A stretch of DNA of 64,000 nucleotides, taken from the NCBI GenBank assembly GCA_028712565.1, contig JAQTPW010000002.1:99601-163600 (forward strand), written 5' to 3'. Positions 63,886 to 64,000 of the stretch are shown one piece after another. Under the pieces are notes generated by a model. It had not been told where the DNA came from and ran no database searches. It saw only the letters and a program-made list of their open reading frames with translations. The DNA comes from Minisyncoccota bacterium (GTDB lineage: Bacteria > Patescibacteriota > Minisyncoccia > Minisyncoccales > JAQTPW01). Position numbers and translations under genes: made by a program. The first letter of the stretch is position 1; every line of letters begins with the position of its first letter.

Positions 63886-64000
63886 TCAATAGCTTCGCAC
63901 CACTTCAATAGGTGTTTTGTAATCCAAAGCCATGTGCGGTCTTTCTGAATTGTAGTACCGGATATACTCTGGTATTTCTTTTTGCCAGGATCTCAGACTC
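63886..64000 (-). mobile_element. C-terminal end of a DDE (rve-type, IS3/IS481-like) transposase, truncated by the window edge
   Basis: Minus-strand frame reads ...SLRSWQKEIPEYIRYYNSERPHMALDYKTPIEVVRSY*. YYN.ERPH..L...TP is the classic integrase-core C-terminal signature. Confidence 0.75.

Overview
This is a gene-dense, low-GC (about one-third GC by eye) bacterial chromosome segment. By inference it resembles a Candidate Phyla Radiation / Patescibacteria (Parcubacteria-type) genome. The evidence is a minimal housekeeping gene set, a monoderm-style type IV pilus/competence cluster with no secretin, TrbC/VirB2-like pilin-domain proteins, LAGLIDADG-type endonucleases and mostly Shine-Dalgarno-less starts.

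Core genes I recognise: rplS, ftsH, rpsA-like, gyrA, valS, tsaD, recG, comFC, pilMNO-pilB-RR-pilT-pilC-pilins-pilD-minor pilins, ligA, ftsW, rpoB, rpoC, ftsK, recA, rpsF-ssb-rpsR, trpS, rnj, secG and uvrC. There are also 10 tRNA genes plus one split tRNA-like locus.

The unusual content is at the RNA and repeat level rather than a classical protein 'system':
1. A complete tRNA-Ser(UGA) is nested inside a second, split tRNA-Ser-like gene that also carries a hairpin inside its T arm.
2. A 133-bp element bounded by terminal inverted repeats is present twice. It is fused to, and supplies, the GTG start codons of ssb and RNase J.
3. GC-rich palindromes and 7-nt periodic AT-rich repeats are inserted in frame in tsaD, valS and pilD.
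4. Some intergenic spacers are built entirely of heptamers that restart with TAG/TAA, which places stops in all three frames.
5. The 3' ends of rpoC and recG are duplicated around small structured inserts.
6. LAGLIDADG and HTH-LAGLIDADG-like genes are packed against tRNA genes, including a non-canonical tRNA-Leu(GAG)-like gene.
7. A higher-GC, strongly SD-driven orphan gene is flanked by 12-bp inverted repeats.

All coordinates and structures were derived by reading the sequence. No database search was run.
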